DNA of 64,000 nt from Tubulanus polymorphus (taxonomy: Eukaryota; Animalia; Nemertea), in contig NC_134029.1 in the NCBI RefSeq assembly GCF_964204645.1, forward strand, positions 15,804,950 to 15,868,949. Reading direction: 5' to 3'. The notes under the pieces were generated by a model. It searched no databases. It had not been told where the DNA came from and saw only the letters and a program-made list of their open reading frames with translations. A program made the translations under genes and the position numbers. This document shows, one piece after another, positions 63,692 through 64,000 of the stretch (positions within the stretch are counted from its first letter, which is position 1; the number at the start of each line of letters is the position of its first letter).

Positions 63692-64000
63692 TTTAATATA
63701 AAATTTTTTTTTAAATTGATTTTAGAAGTTCAATGATTTATATCATGTATTATTTCAATCATACTTTACTAACACTTTTAATGTTTAAAAATCTAACTCA
63801 TACAAATATGAATATTGAAATAATGTTGTAAATATATCTATATATCTATTCTATAAGAGCTTACACTTTTATATTGAATAATCTGTCAATTTAAATGTTA
63901 TTCGTGTATATGTTTATTTTAAGAGTAATAGGGGTAATAGGCTTTCAGGTTAAAGGTTGAACGGGCGGGTGAGTAAAAATGAAAAACATGAAAATAATTA
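63427..64000. repeat. Right TIR of copy C (incomplete in window)
   Basis: Reverse complement of 48640-49170; includes the inner hairpin arm AGAGTAATAGGGGTAATAGGCTTTCAGG at 63922. Confidence 0.9.

Larger units (their letters stand above)
48270..64000. mobile_element. Near-complete Polinton/Maverick (adintovirus-like) element copy C, over 15.7 kb, decayed; right end beyond window
   Basis: Begins AGTAATAGGG; long TIRs; pPolB, rve integrase, A32-like ATPase and capsid genes in two convergent blocks. Confidence 0.93.

Overview
AT-rich, repeat-dominated eukaryotic genomic DNA from an invertebrate animal (inferred); no complete host gene is evident. The main content is a cluster of four copies or fragments of one Polinton/Maverick (adintovirus-like) endogenous virus family: the right end of copy A (1-984), copy A' (about 2580-4590, nested in a CR1/L2-type LINE), a PolB fragment B (43444-46229) and a near-complete but decayed copy C (48270 to beyond 64000). 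Copy C carries protein-primed PolB, a chromodomain rve integrase, a packaging ATPase, an HNH nuclease, a major capsid protein, a penton-like ORF and several membrane proteins. Between these lie a GC-rich ~63-bp minisatellite, a Helentron-type non-autonomous (HINE) cluster with an exact 2523-bp triplication, CTCF-like motif arrays and a repeated 114-nt candidate exon, a 4.6-kb CMC/EnSpm-like element, MITEs and microsatellites. The most notable observations are two fixed-spacing promoter-like classes ending in TAAATG before the viral genes, fold-back hairpins at every element end, a TIR that donates the PolB zinc fingers to a second gene, and a membrane-protein-rich virion module with no recognisable adenain protease. 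All family assignments come from recognised motifs; no database searches were run.
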